NCBI GenBank assembly: GCA_013239625.1
Contig: MU054117.1
Coordinates: 3,648,677 to 3,712,676 of the forward strand
Source of the DNA: Lama guanicoe
Taxonomy: Eukaryota
Direction: 5' to 3'
Length of the DNA stretch: 64,000 nt
Position numbers and translations under genes: made by a program. Each line of letters opens with the position of its first letter. The first letter of the stretch is position 1. Shown piece after piece: positions 38,261-51,270 of this stretch. Under the pieces are notes generated by a model. That model made no database searches. It saw only the letters and a list, made by a program, of their open reading frames with translations, and was not told the origin of the DNA.

Positions 38261-39649
38261 GAAGAATTAACTATGCGTAACAGTTGCACAAAGAGGTCCA
38301 GAGCAAAGAGAAGCAGCTGGAAGGTGAGGTGGCCCGAGACCTCCAGAACTCCTGCATGCTGCAAACGATGACGTCAGCTTCTCACCCACTTCTCCACCCT
38401 CTCGGGCCCAGCTGGGACCTCACTTGTGATCTGGGGTGGATGGCCCTCTGTGGGCCCTGCAGGAGGACGATACCAGGGTGAGGGTCCCGGCCCCTGTCCA
38501 CACTGCCTGGCTTCTCCTCCCGGGATTCATTACCGTCAGCTATCACCTCTTGCTGGGAGTCACAGCCAGCTTTCTGCAGCGTGTCGTTCTGGCCTCCAAG
38601 TCACAAACGATTTTCAAGTCCACTTTGCTGATCTCTGGTTTCAGAGATGGTCTAGAAACCGGCTATTCATCCCTTGCTAGACCAAGGTGTAAAGTGTCTG
38701 GCCTCTTCCACTTTAGGAGAAACCATCTGTGTAGATACCAGTCTCCCCGGGGCCCGGAAACAGGTCCTTCTGCTCCGGCCTTGCAGGCTCTGCTGCTGTT
38801 TGCCGTTTGCCAGGCTGGGAGCCCCTCCGAGGCACGGCGGCAGCTTCTCGAAGCTCGCTGCGGGGCGGGCTGCCCGCGGCTCCTCCCTCCTCCCCGGTGC
38901 CTCGCCTGGTCTGGGAGATTGTGCGGAGGGGCGCCCTAGGGCGCCTGTTGAGGGAAATTTGCAAGAAGTGGGAACATTCGCTGTTTTGTTCCCACGTTGT
39001 TTAGATACACGTGTTAAGAGCACGGCGCTGTCTGTACGAGGTCAGGTTCCCGAGAGCTCCTGACCAATGTTAAGGGTTGTTGTCCTTTCATTTTCAAAGG
39101 GGAATTCTGGGGTATCAGGACAAACTAGGGCACAGAAAGAGGACTGCGAGGCTTCTGTAGCTCTGGTTACTGCGTCCAGCCAGGACACGGAAGCCACTTG
39201 AAGATGAGGTGTGGAGGGACCAAGCCGTGGGACACGGGGAGAGTCTGCAGTCGGTGGACAATCCGGAGACCCTTCTCCGCTGCCCAGCTCCCCAAGCCCC
39301 TGACCTCAGCCCAAGCGGCAGGTGAGCCCAGGGCTTCTCCTGCCCACAAAAGATGACAAAAGCCTAATCTTCTCCAGGAGACATCAGGTCTGTGCTGAAA
39401 CTGGCATTGCGTCTTCTCCTTGACTGTACCTATGTGTGCTTACCCACAGCGGGTGGCTCTTAAAATAAATGGAGCCCCGTTCGATCTCTCTGTAGCTCCC
39501 AGGCCACCAGGGGCAAAGAAGATGGACCAGAAGGCTGAGAATCCGGGGTCGTGTGGTCCTCTCTGGACCTGCAGACATCCATTTATTTGACATTCTGCCT
39601 AAGGCATCTTTGTGTTAGTTCTTAAGCCAGCAGAAAAACCCAGCTCTGT

Positions 39650-40160
39650 TTACTTCCATTCAACTCAGTACCATTGTAACTCAAGTCAGGAAACCTTCAC
39701 TGGTTGTCAGTAGCTACGGAGGACCCAGGACTTGATGGAAAGTACAATATCTGCCCGAGAAAGCCGGAAGGAGAGGAGAGGCTTCCAATACGACAGCTCC
39801 GGTGGTGCTGTGTGCTGTGCGCCGGAGCAGAGAACAAAGGGGAGGCGGGAGAGCTACCTGGGCTGGTGCGAGGTCGGGTCGGCGGGGCGGCCTGGAAAGA
39901 GGGCCAGGAAGGCTTCTCAGAGGCGGTGAGGAGGCGAGACGCTGAGACTCCAGTAGGAGTTACCCTGGCAGACATCCCAGGAAGACGGAAGAGCATGGGC
40001 GGGTGGGTGATACTGTGAGAGACCCTGGTGCGTTTGCAGGACTGCGGCTGTTGACTTTACCCACGTGGGCAGAGTGGGGTCGTCAGAGGGAGCCTGGCAG
40101 GTGGAGGAGGGGGAGGACAAGGGATGAGATGGGAGAGACAGGCACCAGGCAAATTCGGAA
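39650..40160 (-). mobile_element. L2 fragment (GC-rich)
   Basis: CATTCAAC at the 3' end; CAGGAAGGCTTCTCAGAGG.GGTGA..CTGAGAC..GTAGGAGTTA..CATCCCAGG. Confidence 0.55.
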
Positions 40161-40889
40161 GGACCCCGTGGTTTCCGTATCACCAGGTGATGGGGACTTG
40201 TTTATGGGTTTGCAGCACCCCTGGCCATGGTGTGAAGGAGGATTTAGAAGCTAGGAGAAGATGCTGGTCGATGGAGAGCCTTCGTCCTCAGGTGGTCAGA
40301 GTTGTTCAGCAGGAAGAACCAAGGGTCCTCATTTCCCATAAGACACTTTGCTGTATTGGATGGACAGTCCATGAAGGACCAGGACGCCCAGCCAAGCTTG
40401 CCCCTGTCCATGGTGGGAGCTGGCTGTCCCTTGGAAGATTTCGTAGAATAAAAAAGAAAGAGAGCTTCAGCTGTGGGGTATGTGAAAGGATCTCGTGAAA
40501 GAAAGAAGCCAGAACATCTCAGGCAGAGAGCGGAGGAAGGGAAAAATACGCAGAGTATGAGTGGAGGGCAGCAAAAACGTGCAGCGTTGTCAGAGAGGAT
40601 GCATCTGACTCTCCGGGAGGGACTGAGCACAGGGAACCATGGCAGCTGCCGGCAGACAAGAGAGGGACAGGGGAACTGCAGCCACCTGCATTCAATCCAT
40701 TTCAGCTTGGAGTGTGGACCCGGGCTAGGTGTGAGGGATGGTCAGAGAGTCTAACCAGAGAGTGGACCTGTCAGCTCTCACCCTCGGCGGTGAATCAGCT
40801 GGAGGCTTGGTTTTAAGACAGATTCGGAAATAGCACCATGGTGTTGTCCTGGGATACAAAGATGCCAGAATTTATTATTGAGGGTTGTC

Positions 40890-41110
40890 ATTTATTAAGC
40901 ACTTAGGATACAATAGGTATAGTGTTTAGAGCTGTGCGTGTCGCTCCTTTAATCCTCACTGCAGTCCCAGAAGTGTAGGTCTTGTACTAGCATCCCCACT
41001 TTCCAGATGAAGAAACCAAGACACAGGGCTTATGTCACTTGCCCAAGGTCACACAATGAAGGGCAAGGGACTGAAATCCAGACAGTGGCTCCAGAGCCAT
41101 TCTCAACCAA
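40890..41110 (-). mobile_element. MIR
   Basis: CATTTATTAAGCACTTA..TTTAATCCTCAC..CCCCACTTTCCAGATGAAGAAAC..ACTTGCCCAAGGTCACACA. Confidence 0.85.
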
Positions 41111-43656
41111 CCTACTCAGCTTTCTCTGAGAACAGTCTAGTTAAGCCAGCTAAGCCAGCTGGAGGCTGTAGAAATGAATGTACGTGCTGGTCAGAGATGT
41201 TCCCGGCCAGCACGGGAACATTCTGAGTGTGTTTAGGATTATAGAGTTGTAAGAAAATCCACAAAGAGAAAACAAACCCCAAGAAATCCCAAAGGAAAAC
41301 AAACAAACAACAGAGTGCAGCCTTGCTGGAGGCAGGGAGGCTGAGCATCATTGGGAGGATGGGTGGGCAGAAAGGCCAGAGGACAGGTGGAGGTCAGAGA
41401 GCTCGCCAAGGAGAGTGTGTGTCAGCACAGCAGGGCCACTGCCGTGTGCTCTCCCCAAAACCCCATCTCCAGGACTCTGCTCTGACGGCCAAAGCCTGCT
41501 GTGCAGGGACATTGCAGCCCCAGCCCAGGAGCTCCAGCAAAGACGTGATTGCAGAGCCTCAGGCCAGCGGAGCCCTCCTGAGGTCACCTGCTCCGTGCCT
41601 TGCATGGCTTTGACGGCACTGGCCCATCTCAGGACACGGGAGGTTTCTGCCCGTGTAAACCCCAGGGACAGCTTGGAGGAGGTGCTGCTGCTTCCTTTGC
41701 TGGGACAGGAAATTTGTGAAGCGATCCGCGTGTTTCTTCAAATGCTTCTGATGATGCCTGACTGTCTTGTTTTCCATGGTCTCATAGACAGTGAGAACTA
41801 GAAAGAACCTTCCACGTAGAAACAGTCTTAGGACGAGAGGTGGTGGACAGGGCCACTGGCCCGTTGGTGGCAGGGACAGAAGTGGGTCCCAGTTCTCCTG
41901 AGTCCTGCCCAGCACCCTTTAATGAGCTGGTTCTCCCGAAGGTCTGCTTTTGCGAAGTGCTCGGTTCAGATAACCAACAAGCCGTTGGTTGCCAACTCGG
42001 AATCAGTGAGTTCCTTTCCTAACAGTTTTTCTTTTTGTTTGCTTTTTGCTTCGTTTCCCGGTTTCCTTTTTCTCCCTTCCTCACCCCCAAGACTGACTTC
42101 TCCCCTGCTGGCCTCCTGGTCCTCACATGCCTTTTCTCTCCTCTGCTGCGCTCCCCTCATTTTCCTGCGCTCCCTCCTCCCTCCCCATCACCGCTCACCC
42201 TGCGCATGCGCACACACGCCCCAACATGCTCAAGCTCCCGCTGGCTCCCGCTTGGTCCTCCTCGATTTACGGAGAGACAGAACCAGACTGCTCCATCCTC
42301 TCCCCCCGAGGAGTGCTAAAACACAGTCCATCTGCTGTGGGTCTGGTTATTATTTCAAATGTTGCCTTCTGAAGCAGAGGAAGTCCAGGATTCTTCTGTT
42401 TCTCACTCCTCTCTTCAAACTTAATAAAACCTGGCAGGGAGCAGGGAAGCCACAGGACGTTTCCCTGGGAGAGGTCGGTGCGGCGCCTTTGCAGATGGAC
42501 CCTTAGTTTTTGGTGACTGCAGTGATGACTGCTGGTCCTGGCTTCACCACCAGCTCCGTGAGTCTCCGCGCGCCTCAGCATCCTTTCTTCAGATTATTCT
42601 GCCCACCTCGGATTGTAGAGATTTTGGCAGTAGAAAGACCAAGGATAGAGCAGTCAGTGACCTCGGGGCTGAAGTCGGAGTGTGAGGAAGGCTCAGGGAT
42701 GGAAGCCCAGACATTCAGATCGAAGTGGCCATCACTACCGTGTCCTGGGATGGGGTGTGGAGGCAGCGACCTTGAGGACATTGGGAGGGGCTGCTCTCCT
42801 GAGGAGTCAGTGTGTGCAGATGCCCCAGAGTGGAATCCCTCTGCCGGAGCTTCTCTTCCTCCCTTGACCATGACCATCTGGGATGTGTGCCGTTCAGGCA
42901 CTGTCGGTCCCACCTGGTGCTGACCTCCACTTACTCAGGAGTCTCCAGCCCTCCAGGGAGCCACCTTCCAGCGGCCCCGTTGACTTGCTGTCTCCACCAC
43001 CACTAACACTTACCTACTTTTCTCCAAGTCTGGCTTTTGTGAGCCACCAGCCCTCTTGCTGGGGCGCATGGAGAGGGCTCCATTTTACCCCCATTTCAGT
43101 TACCCACCCTACACCCCAGCTTCCCCCTGCCATGCCCCCACCTCTCCTCTTCCTGGATCGTGAACAAGCAGAAAACTGGGGCTCAGAAAACTGAGGTTCT
43201 GTTAGGACCTTGGACAAGTGCCTTCACAGCAGCTGTCAAACGAGGCTGTAAGACTGGCAAATGCGTGTGACGTCATTTTGAAAAGTATAGGGTCCTTTAG
43301 GAAGGAAATGTCTTACGAGTCTTGGTGTGTCTGGTCTTTGAGTTTGCATTTTTACAGCTGAGTCAATGAGTCATATTTTGCCTCTGCCCTCCCGGGGAGC
43401 CGAAGCCCAGAGTCTGTTGACTGGTGTTGGCAAGACCGTTGGGTGCTCTGGACCCAAACTCTTCTTCCACAAGGACTGAGTCCAATCTACAGACCTTGCG
43501 CCCCACCTCATTCTAAATTCCCGAGGTAATCTGCCTGCATAGGACTGAAGTATTTGGGTATTTTGCTAGAGATATAAAAATCCTTACTTGTCTTAAAGAG
43601 GGTGGGGGGGTCGCTGGGGCAGGTTGTAGAGAAAAATGGTATTTTTTCCTGACGCT

Positions 43657-43712
43657 CTTGGCCCTTTCTGGACAAAATCTTGACCTTGGCCCTTTCTGGA
43701 CAAAGTCTTGAC
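43657..43712. repeat. 28-bp tandem duplication at the edge of a MER20-like remnant (~43710-43855)
   Basis: CTTGGCCCTTTCTGGACAAA(A/G)TCTTGAC x2, one mismatch. Confidence 0.9.
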
Positions 43713-46700
43713 CCCCCTCCTGGGGGCATTTGGATATGAGTGAAGCATTTGCGATTGTCACTGTGACTTGAGGTGCCAAGAGCCAGGAATGTTAAACATT
43801 CTGCTCTATTTCATCCAATCTGCACTGTGAAAACCCATCCCACCCAAAATGCTAAGAAGCCGGGCTAGGAAGGCATAAAACCGCAGGGAGGGAGAAAGAG
43901 AGAGAGGGAGATGGAAGCCCCCTCAGAGGCCGGGATCGCAGCACTCCCCTTTTGTATAGGAGAAAACCTTGGCCTAGAAAAGGAAAGTGTTGTGCTTAAG
44001 GTCATGCAGCTAGCTGGTGGCAGAGCTGGGACAGGAGCCCAGCCTCGGGCTCCCAGCCCAGCGAGCCCTCTGCGGTGTTGGTGTCGGTGTCAGTGCAGCA
44101 GAGGGAGGGGAGGGCTGCGGCGGGGGAGCAGGCCTGCTGGGTGTGGATCACAGGGCACCAGGCTGGCGGTGTCTGCGGTTCTGGGGCTGAGCCAACATGC
44201 GACCCCCTAGGCTCCCCGCTGCCTGGGCTGATGTGGGGCTGCAGCTTTCCTTTCAAGGAGCAGATCTGCTTGCTTGACTTACACTTTCCCCTTCCCTCCA
44301 GGAAACAGCCCCAGACGCCCCTGTGCGCAGGAGCAACGTTGGTGAGCTCAATGAGCTGCAGCAGCTTCCCTGGGGAGGAGGAGGGGCTCCCGCCGAGTGT
44401 GGTGCTTGCGCTGAAGGACGGAGGAGATGCGCGGGCGGGCGGCGGCGGGAGGCCGAGGTTTATTCCTAGCTCTGTTGCTATGTGCTGCCGGGCAGGACAC
44501 TGAGGCTCCTCGTTCTCCTTGGCTCAGCCAGCCCTCGGCATCCCGGCGTCCTACACCTGGCTCAGCATCAGGAGTCCCCTCACTTCAAAGTGAGGCGCCG
44601 GAGGCAGCAGCAGGGGAGGGACTTCTCGGGTGTCTACACGTATCAGAGTCCAGACAGGAAACAAACAGCACATTCAAGGTCATTCGAGAAACTTTAATAA
44701 AAGAAACATTTTCTGTGGGAACAATCCGGTTAAGGGCCCCTGATGTCTCATGACCCCTCCATCGCCCCCTGGTAGTCCCTCTGACCCTTTCAGAGGGGAA
44801 TCTCAAGGTAGCTGGATACCTCTCCTTTCCCCCCCTAGGTCCCCTTGCCATGCTTCTGCACCTGCTCTGTAACCTCAAGGTGGGAAGGAATACATGACCT
44901 GGGTGGCCGAGCCTCAGGTGGGAGAGGGCTCTGAGTGCTCATCTGCCCCCCTCCATCATTGTCGGTTGGCTGTTTTCTTCCCCTGAGGCCACAGTGCCAC
45001 ACAGCTGTCCCTCTGGGTCTGGGAGCACTCCTTCCTCCCCATCCTTTAAGGACTGAGGATGGAGGAACAGAACCCTATCTCCCCAGGGAGCAGATTCAGG
45101 GGGTGGGGGAGGCACCTGCACCCCCAGGGAGTTCCAGCCAGTAAGAAAGATCCACAGTGACCTGGGAGATGGCGGGGAAGCTCCCAGAAGCAGAGTCGCT
45201 CGGCTTGAGTCTTGATTAGACCCGTGGACAAGGCTAGTCTCAAAGTACAGGCAGAAGGACCAGCGTGCAGAGGCAGCACAGGAGGCGGGGTGACAAGGGG
45301 TGTTTCAGAACGGCCGGTTCTTCTGTGATTGCAAATCGTAGAAGCCAAACTCAAGTACTTCAAGAGGGAAATGTGTGCCACTTCCAGTAACTAAGCAGTC
45401 CTGGGGCTGCAGGCATGACTGGTGTCAGGTGCTCACAGATAATCTTCAGAGAAGCCCATTCTGCTGGGGTCGCAGGCCCTCCCAGCTGGGACGACGAGGA
45501 GGAGAAACTCTGATGACGTCCTGGCCCGGCGCTCACCCTTGGAAGGGTGGCCAGCTCCGAGCCAACCCCCGTGGGCCCCAGAGAAGGTTCCTGCAGGAAA
45601 GAGAATTTTTATCACCTGAAGAGGAGGGGAAGGCAAAACAGTCTGGGAAGACCAAAAACACTGCCGCCACAGCCGCCTTGCCTGGCGCAGCTGGAGGGCG
45701 GGCCCGGGGCGTCGGGGATGAAGCCACGGAGAATAGGGTCCAGGCGAGGACAGTGCCCGTGCGAGCGCTGGGGAGCCCCTGGAGGATCTTACACAGGGAA
45801 GAGACTTAGTCTGACTCACATAATTTTGAGGCATAATCTTAAAAGCAAAACTACTCTCCACTAAAAAAATAAAAATTCTTAAAAACATCCTGTGATACTC
45901 CCTAAAGCCGAAAAGAAACGTATTAGGGATTATCTGCTATTTAAGTCTCCCCGCTCTGCGTGCTTCCCAAACACCCTCCCGGCGTGAGGCTGCACCTACG
46001 GACTGGGAGTCTTTCCGGGGCAGGTCCTGGTCCTTTTAAGCCTGGGGCTTGAGGGTCAAGGCCAGGCCAGGCTCCAGTTCCCGTCTCTGTGGAGCCGGAA
46101 GCATTTGCAGGCAGATCCTGGCGGGGAAGCTGCCAGGCAGCCTCCTGGAGCTGCTGCCTCCAGTCCCCCGGCGAGCCCGTGCGTCACACCGGGGCCCCGT
46201 CACGCTCAGAGCAGGCACTAAGCCACACGCTCTGCTTTCCCCACGACAGGCGATCGCTCCTGACACAGCCGAATTGCACCATCATTTTTGATTTGTCAAG
46301 ACCCACCTGTCTCAGTGAGAAATAGAGACTGACAGTCGGGTGGGGGTGGGTGTATATCAACGCAGAGGAAGAGAAGCATTTGGCTAAGAGCCGGAGTAGC
46401 AGTAACCAAGAGCGATGGGGCCAGAAGGGCTGAAGACTTGAACCCTGGGACTGGACTGCTGGGTTCAACTCTACACAGTGGTCCTTATGACCTTGGGGCT
46501 GCGGGCAGTGTGCTTTAACTGTCTCATCTGTGGCGTGGGAGGGGAGATTATGCACCTCGTGGGGTGTGTGGATGGGTGAGGGGATGGCTTTACAGCACTC
46601 AGCACAGCGCCGGGGCAGGAAGTGTTAACTGTTTTCAGTGTCACCGTTTTCTGGCTTCTGAGTAGATAGGTCCCCGCTTGTGATTGGATGAATATTGCTG

Positions 46701-47190
46701 TGTTGCTCCGTGTAATTCTCCTCTGGTGCCGGACCGTCAGTGGGTGGTCAGTGAGGCTCGCCACGCCTGGACAGAGGAGGCGAGGGGGACTAAACGGTGG
46801 CCTTGGCCTCTAGGGGCACGTCCCCCTGGCTTTCTCAGAATCCCACCAACTCCCTCCCCGTCTGGAAGGAGCAAGGATGGTGACAGAGCGGGAAGGGACA
46901 CGTGGTTGATTAAGTTTGCCGAAATACTTGCTGTGCAAATATTTTCACAGGTTCTTTATCTAGGAACTCAGGCTGCAGATTGGAAACCTCAGCATTTCAA
47001 TACATCACCTCTCCTGGGGTCGTGTGCACTGAAAGTGAACGGCTTATTTACCCCACGGTGTGTTTTCAGGATAATATTTTTTTATTCTCACTTTAGGGAG
47101 CCTAGAAATGCCCTTTCTTTCCTAGTTTGAACCAGTTGGAGAAGTGGGGCCTCACAGTTGGAAAGGTAGTGTTGCCTGTTGGCACTTTTT

Positions 47191-47301
47191 AGGAGGGAGG
47201 TAATTAGGTTTATTTATTTATTGACAGAGGGACTGGGGATGGAACCCAGGACCGCGTGCATGCAAGGCGCTCCCTCTGCCGCTGAGCTACGCCCTCCCCC
47301 C
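47191..47301 (-). mobile_element. tRNA-Ala-derived SINE (Vic-1 type) with TSD
   Basis: Homologous to 14645-14780. Flanked by TTGCCTGTTGGCACTTTTT (47172-47190) and TTGACTGTTAGCATTTTTT (47302-47320), 16/19 identical. Confidence 0.9.
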
Positions 47302-49004
47302 TTGACTGTTAGCATTTTTTTAGCGAATAAACAGGGCTCGACTTGTGGTCACAGTGGGACCCCTGGTATCTCTCCCTGAGTTACACTCGGCGTTTCACTT
47401 CGAGGTGACAGGTGGTTCCACTAAGAGCTTGGAAAATCAAGGCGTGTGGCCCCAGGTCAGCAATGACTTAGAGACAGGACTCAGACCAGCACGTGGAGAG
47501 GAAATGCTCCCCTTCCGGCTCCACGTGCCCCTGTCCTCCTGTCCTGGGCTCCTTCACGCCGCCAGGCACTGAGGAGGGGCCTGTGGGTCTGTCCCTGGTC
47601 GGGGGAGGAGGAGGGCTGGGCGGCTCTCTGACCTGCGATCCGAGAAGAACTCTAACGGGGCTGGAGCGAGTCAGGAAGGCACTGATTTCTCCAGCGAGAT
47701 GCGTGGTGTCTGGAATCAAAACGGAACAAAACGGGGTTGTGCGTCCTCTCCGATGAAGGTCTCGAGTCTGTCCTGAGCAGAGCAGAGTCATAGGAACTGT
47801 TGTCAGCCCCTGTGACCTACGACCCTGCTGCCTCCTGCTGCCATGGTCACCTGAGGGCACATCCCGTCACCTTGCTGCCATCAGCGCCTCCAGTGCCTTT
47901 CCGACCTGTGTAAATGACCGGGAGGAGAAAGGACCAGATTCTCAAGTTTCTGAGATATGTTGTCCTGGGTCTCCCTACCCTCCCTCCAGCAAAAAAAAAA
48001 AGTCCCCTGTCCATTGTCTCAGTAAGAGAGGATTCAAAAAGAAACACCGTTTTCACATCACATGCGTCTCATATTGGTTCTGTCTAATTAAAGCAAGAAC
48101 TTGGAAAATACAGCCAGAATGGAATGCCCCTAGAATTACACTAACCACTGAATTTTTAAAAATCTATTTCAAAATAATTTCTTGATTACTAACTGCTTTC
48201 ATCTATGCTTCCTTAATGGACTATCGTAACAATTCCGTAACAAGCCAGGTAGGTGTCATTGCGGAAGTTTTATATTTCACAAAGTCTATTACAATTTTAG
48301 ATGCCAACACCGAAATGCCATGTGTGAGGGATTTAGCCAAAATTTCACATTTGTAAAGAGGAAACCTCAGACTCAAGCCTTTGACCCCTGTCCAGTGGGC
48401 TCTCCAGGAGCCTGTGCCCCCTCGTGTTGTGGGACTGGCTCCAGGTCGTGAGCAGCCGAGTCCCTGGTCCCCTGCTCCTTCGGCCAGATGCCCCTCAGCG
48501 CCCACGTTCCGTTTCCTTAGAGCCATTTTCCTAAACAGTCAACTGCTCTTGATGCTGGGTCCCAGGTGAAAGATGTATTTTCTAAATCTTGGAGGAGAAA
48601 GAGCCTGCAGAAGTCTGTGACCTTGTCTGTGTGTGGCTGACCTTCAGTGACCTTTCGAAGGAAGCCTACGGAAGCCAGTTTCCTGTAACTGCCTTTTCCA
48701 TTTACTGACCCCGAAATACCAACCATGCTACCTGTTAGAGCCACAGTCCCCTGCAGGGTCCTTGTGAGATCGGTGGCTGTCAAATTCCCAGTGAAACGCA
48801 CAGGGCTGTGACAATGCTCTGAAGGAACCTCCACCACTGTCTCTTCTCCAGGCACAGAAGTCCCCGTTCCCTCCACTCATCTTCATAGAAATCCCTTTGC
48901 AGACTCTTGCTCATTTCCTGCCTCTTTTTCAGACACTGGGTAAGTGATCTCCTCACTCATTTTTCTAGAGTGACACAGCCACTGTAAGCTCTCTGGTCTA
49001 GAGC

Positions 49005-49183
49005 CTTAGTTCTTAAACTATGTATCTGAGACTCCTGGCGAGCGCTTGTGAAAATGCGGGTTACAGGCACCAGCCCTCGTGACTCTGATTCCGGAGTCCT
49101 GGAGTTGAGTCCAGGAGGCTGCACGTGCATCTCAGATCAGTTCCCTGGGGGATTCCGGTTCAGGGACAGCTTAGAAACAAGCT
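49005..49183 (+). mobile_element. MER5-like DNA transposon
   Basis: GTTCTTAAACT..GCTTGTGAAAATGC..ACTCTGATTC..GAGTCCAGGA..CTGCA..GGGGATTC. Confidence 0.6.
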
Positions 49184-49202
49184 CATGATCTGAGCAGTAA
49201 TT

Positions 49203-49560
49203 TAATTTAATTTAATTTTTTGTATATGCATATTTTTTATTGAAGTACAGTCAGTTTACAATGTGTCAATTTCTGGTGTACAGCGTAGTGTTTCAGTCCT
49301 ATGTGAACATACCTAGATTCATTTTCATATTCTTTTTCACCATAAGTTACTACAAGATACTGAATCTAGTTCCCTGTGATATACAGTATGAACTTGTTTC
49401 TCTATTTTAGTATCTGCAAATCTCGAACTCCCAATTTTCCCCTTCCCACCCCCTTCCCCCTCTGGTAACCATAAGTTTGTTTTCTATGTCTGTGAGTCTC
49501 TTTCTGTTTTGTGAATAAGTTCATTTGTCTTTTTTTTTTAAAACTCCACATATAAGTGAC
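49203..49560 (-). mobile_element. 5'-truncated L1 insertion with TSD
   Basis: L1 3'UTR motifs; 15-bp TSD ATCTGAGCAGTAATT (49188-49202) / ATCTGACCAGTAATT (49561-49575). Confidence 0.92.
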
Positions 49561-51184
49561 ATCTGACCAGTAATTCTGAATGACTGTAGAGAGAAGCATG
49601 GGTTCTGTGATCCAGCAGGACTCAAAAAACTCTCGTTGGAGAAATGAGCGTATTGTTCACTGAAAAGTGGATTGACACTGAGAGGGATCTTAAAAGTGCC
49701 TTTTCTGCTCCTACCAGGTGCGGAGGAGATTAGTTGTACGTGCTTCTGAGAGTGGGCAGGGGTCTTCCTGCAGATCCGTTGTCAGGGAGACCGAGCTGTG
49801 GTCACTCACAGTGTTTAAGTTCTGTAAGGAATGGTGTGTGTCACTGTCTCAGTTCCGTGAAACAGTGGATACGCAGCTCACTCCGAAACGGAGTCCAGGA
49901 TGCATGCAAACCCATTGTCGCCCTCGAGAATCTGGTCACACATGTTGGAAAGATCACTAGCAATACTGCTATGGCATCACAGCTGGAGTGGTCACATTCA
50001 GCGGGGGAGCCCTGCAGGACTTTGCAGAGGTAGGGGGCATGAGTCTGATTTGGAGACGGGAGAGGGGAGGTGGGGAAGGGAAGTGATGGTGTATGATGGC
50101 ACGATTAGCATGTGTGCGAGAGAGTAGCTGTTCTAATGATGGGGAGTCAACCCGCATGATTAGCACTTATGAGGGTCAGGATGGGGGAAGCAGCCAGTGC
50201 CAAGAAGTTACATGTGTATTTTATTTTAATTCTCATGACAGCTCTACAGGGAAGGTAATAATGTCCTCTTGGTACGGAAGGAAGTTCAGAAGAGTGAATA
50301 ATTAAAGATCACACTGCTAGCACGAGGCAGACTTGGGTTTGAGCCAGCTCTGTGTGAACGCCGTGGTACCCACTCACCTCCCCAACAAAACTGCTTCAGA
50401 GCCCTGAAAGTCGAGCTTGGGGTTCTGTGTTCAACCTCCGGACAGTGGTAGCTTGCCAAGGAGGGTCTAGGAGCCAGGTCCCACCCCAGGAGTCTGTCGG
50501 GTCTTCTGCCTCTCCAGTAGTGCTTCCGTCCTGGAGGACACTACGGTTTGACCTGTCAGACTTGGGTGGCTGTTTGTTGTATGCAAACCGAGGACCCCAG
50601 GAAAGCAGGTGGGGTGGGGGGCCGTGCGGATTCCTTCCTCAGCAACCATTGTCTAATTAATATTGTCACCTCACGTCCCAGTTATCTTGTCAAGAGCAGG
50701 CAAGTGTCAGCCGTGCATGCTTGGGTGCGTGTGTGTAAAAATGTTGATAAATCAGCAGCTTTTCTGTGTGAACAAAGCCTGCATCTCCAGCTGACGTCTT
50801 AATTCTAGGGCCCAGCACGCCCCCTCGGAGCGGGGGCAGCGGGCCTTCCCGCTTACAAGTAGCAGACTGTGCAACTCCTGGCTCCGTGAGGTCCGGAGGG
50901 CCACGCCTCCCTCTCTGGTTCACGCTTTTCACGGGGATTTTGTTACTACTTCCTTGCACAGCAGTTGGTGGTGAGCACGCCTCTCCCTCCGGCAGAGGGT
51001 TTGGGGGGACAGTTCCCAGTCAGGGCGAACGGGACAGGGGTGTCTTAAAGGTGACTCTCTGGTTCCCCAATAACACGTTTCTTCACTGTGCAAAGGAGAT
51101 TCCAATTTAGAAAACACTCTCTTCCGGTGCTTTCCGAGTTCACAGTGGATTGTCCCATGTCATTTCATCCTGGCAGGCGTCCTA

Positions 51185-51270
51185 GGAGGTCTCTTTAATC
51201 ATCTCCATTTCGTAGATGAGGAAACTGGGGCTCAGAGACATGAAATTTGTGCCCAAAAGTTAAACAAGTA
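51185..51270 (-). mobile_element. MIR core
   Basis: ATCTCCATTTCGTAGATGAGGAAACTGGGGCTCAGAGA. Similar cores at ~46500, ~50220, ~55530, ~56320 and ~61480. Confidence 0.75.

Noticed and set aside
38930..38945. 16-bp perfect palindrome GGCGCCCTAGGGCGCC
   Set aside because: About one palindrome of this length is expected by chance in 64 kb.
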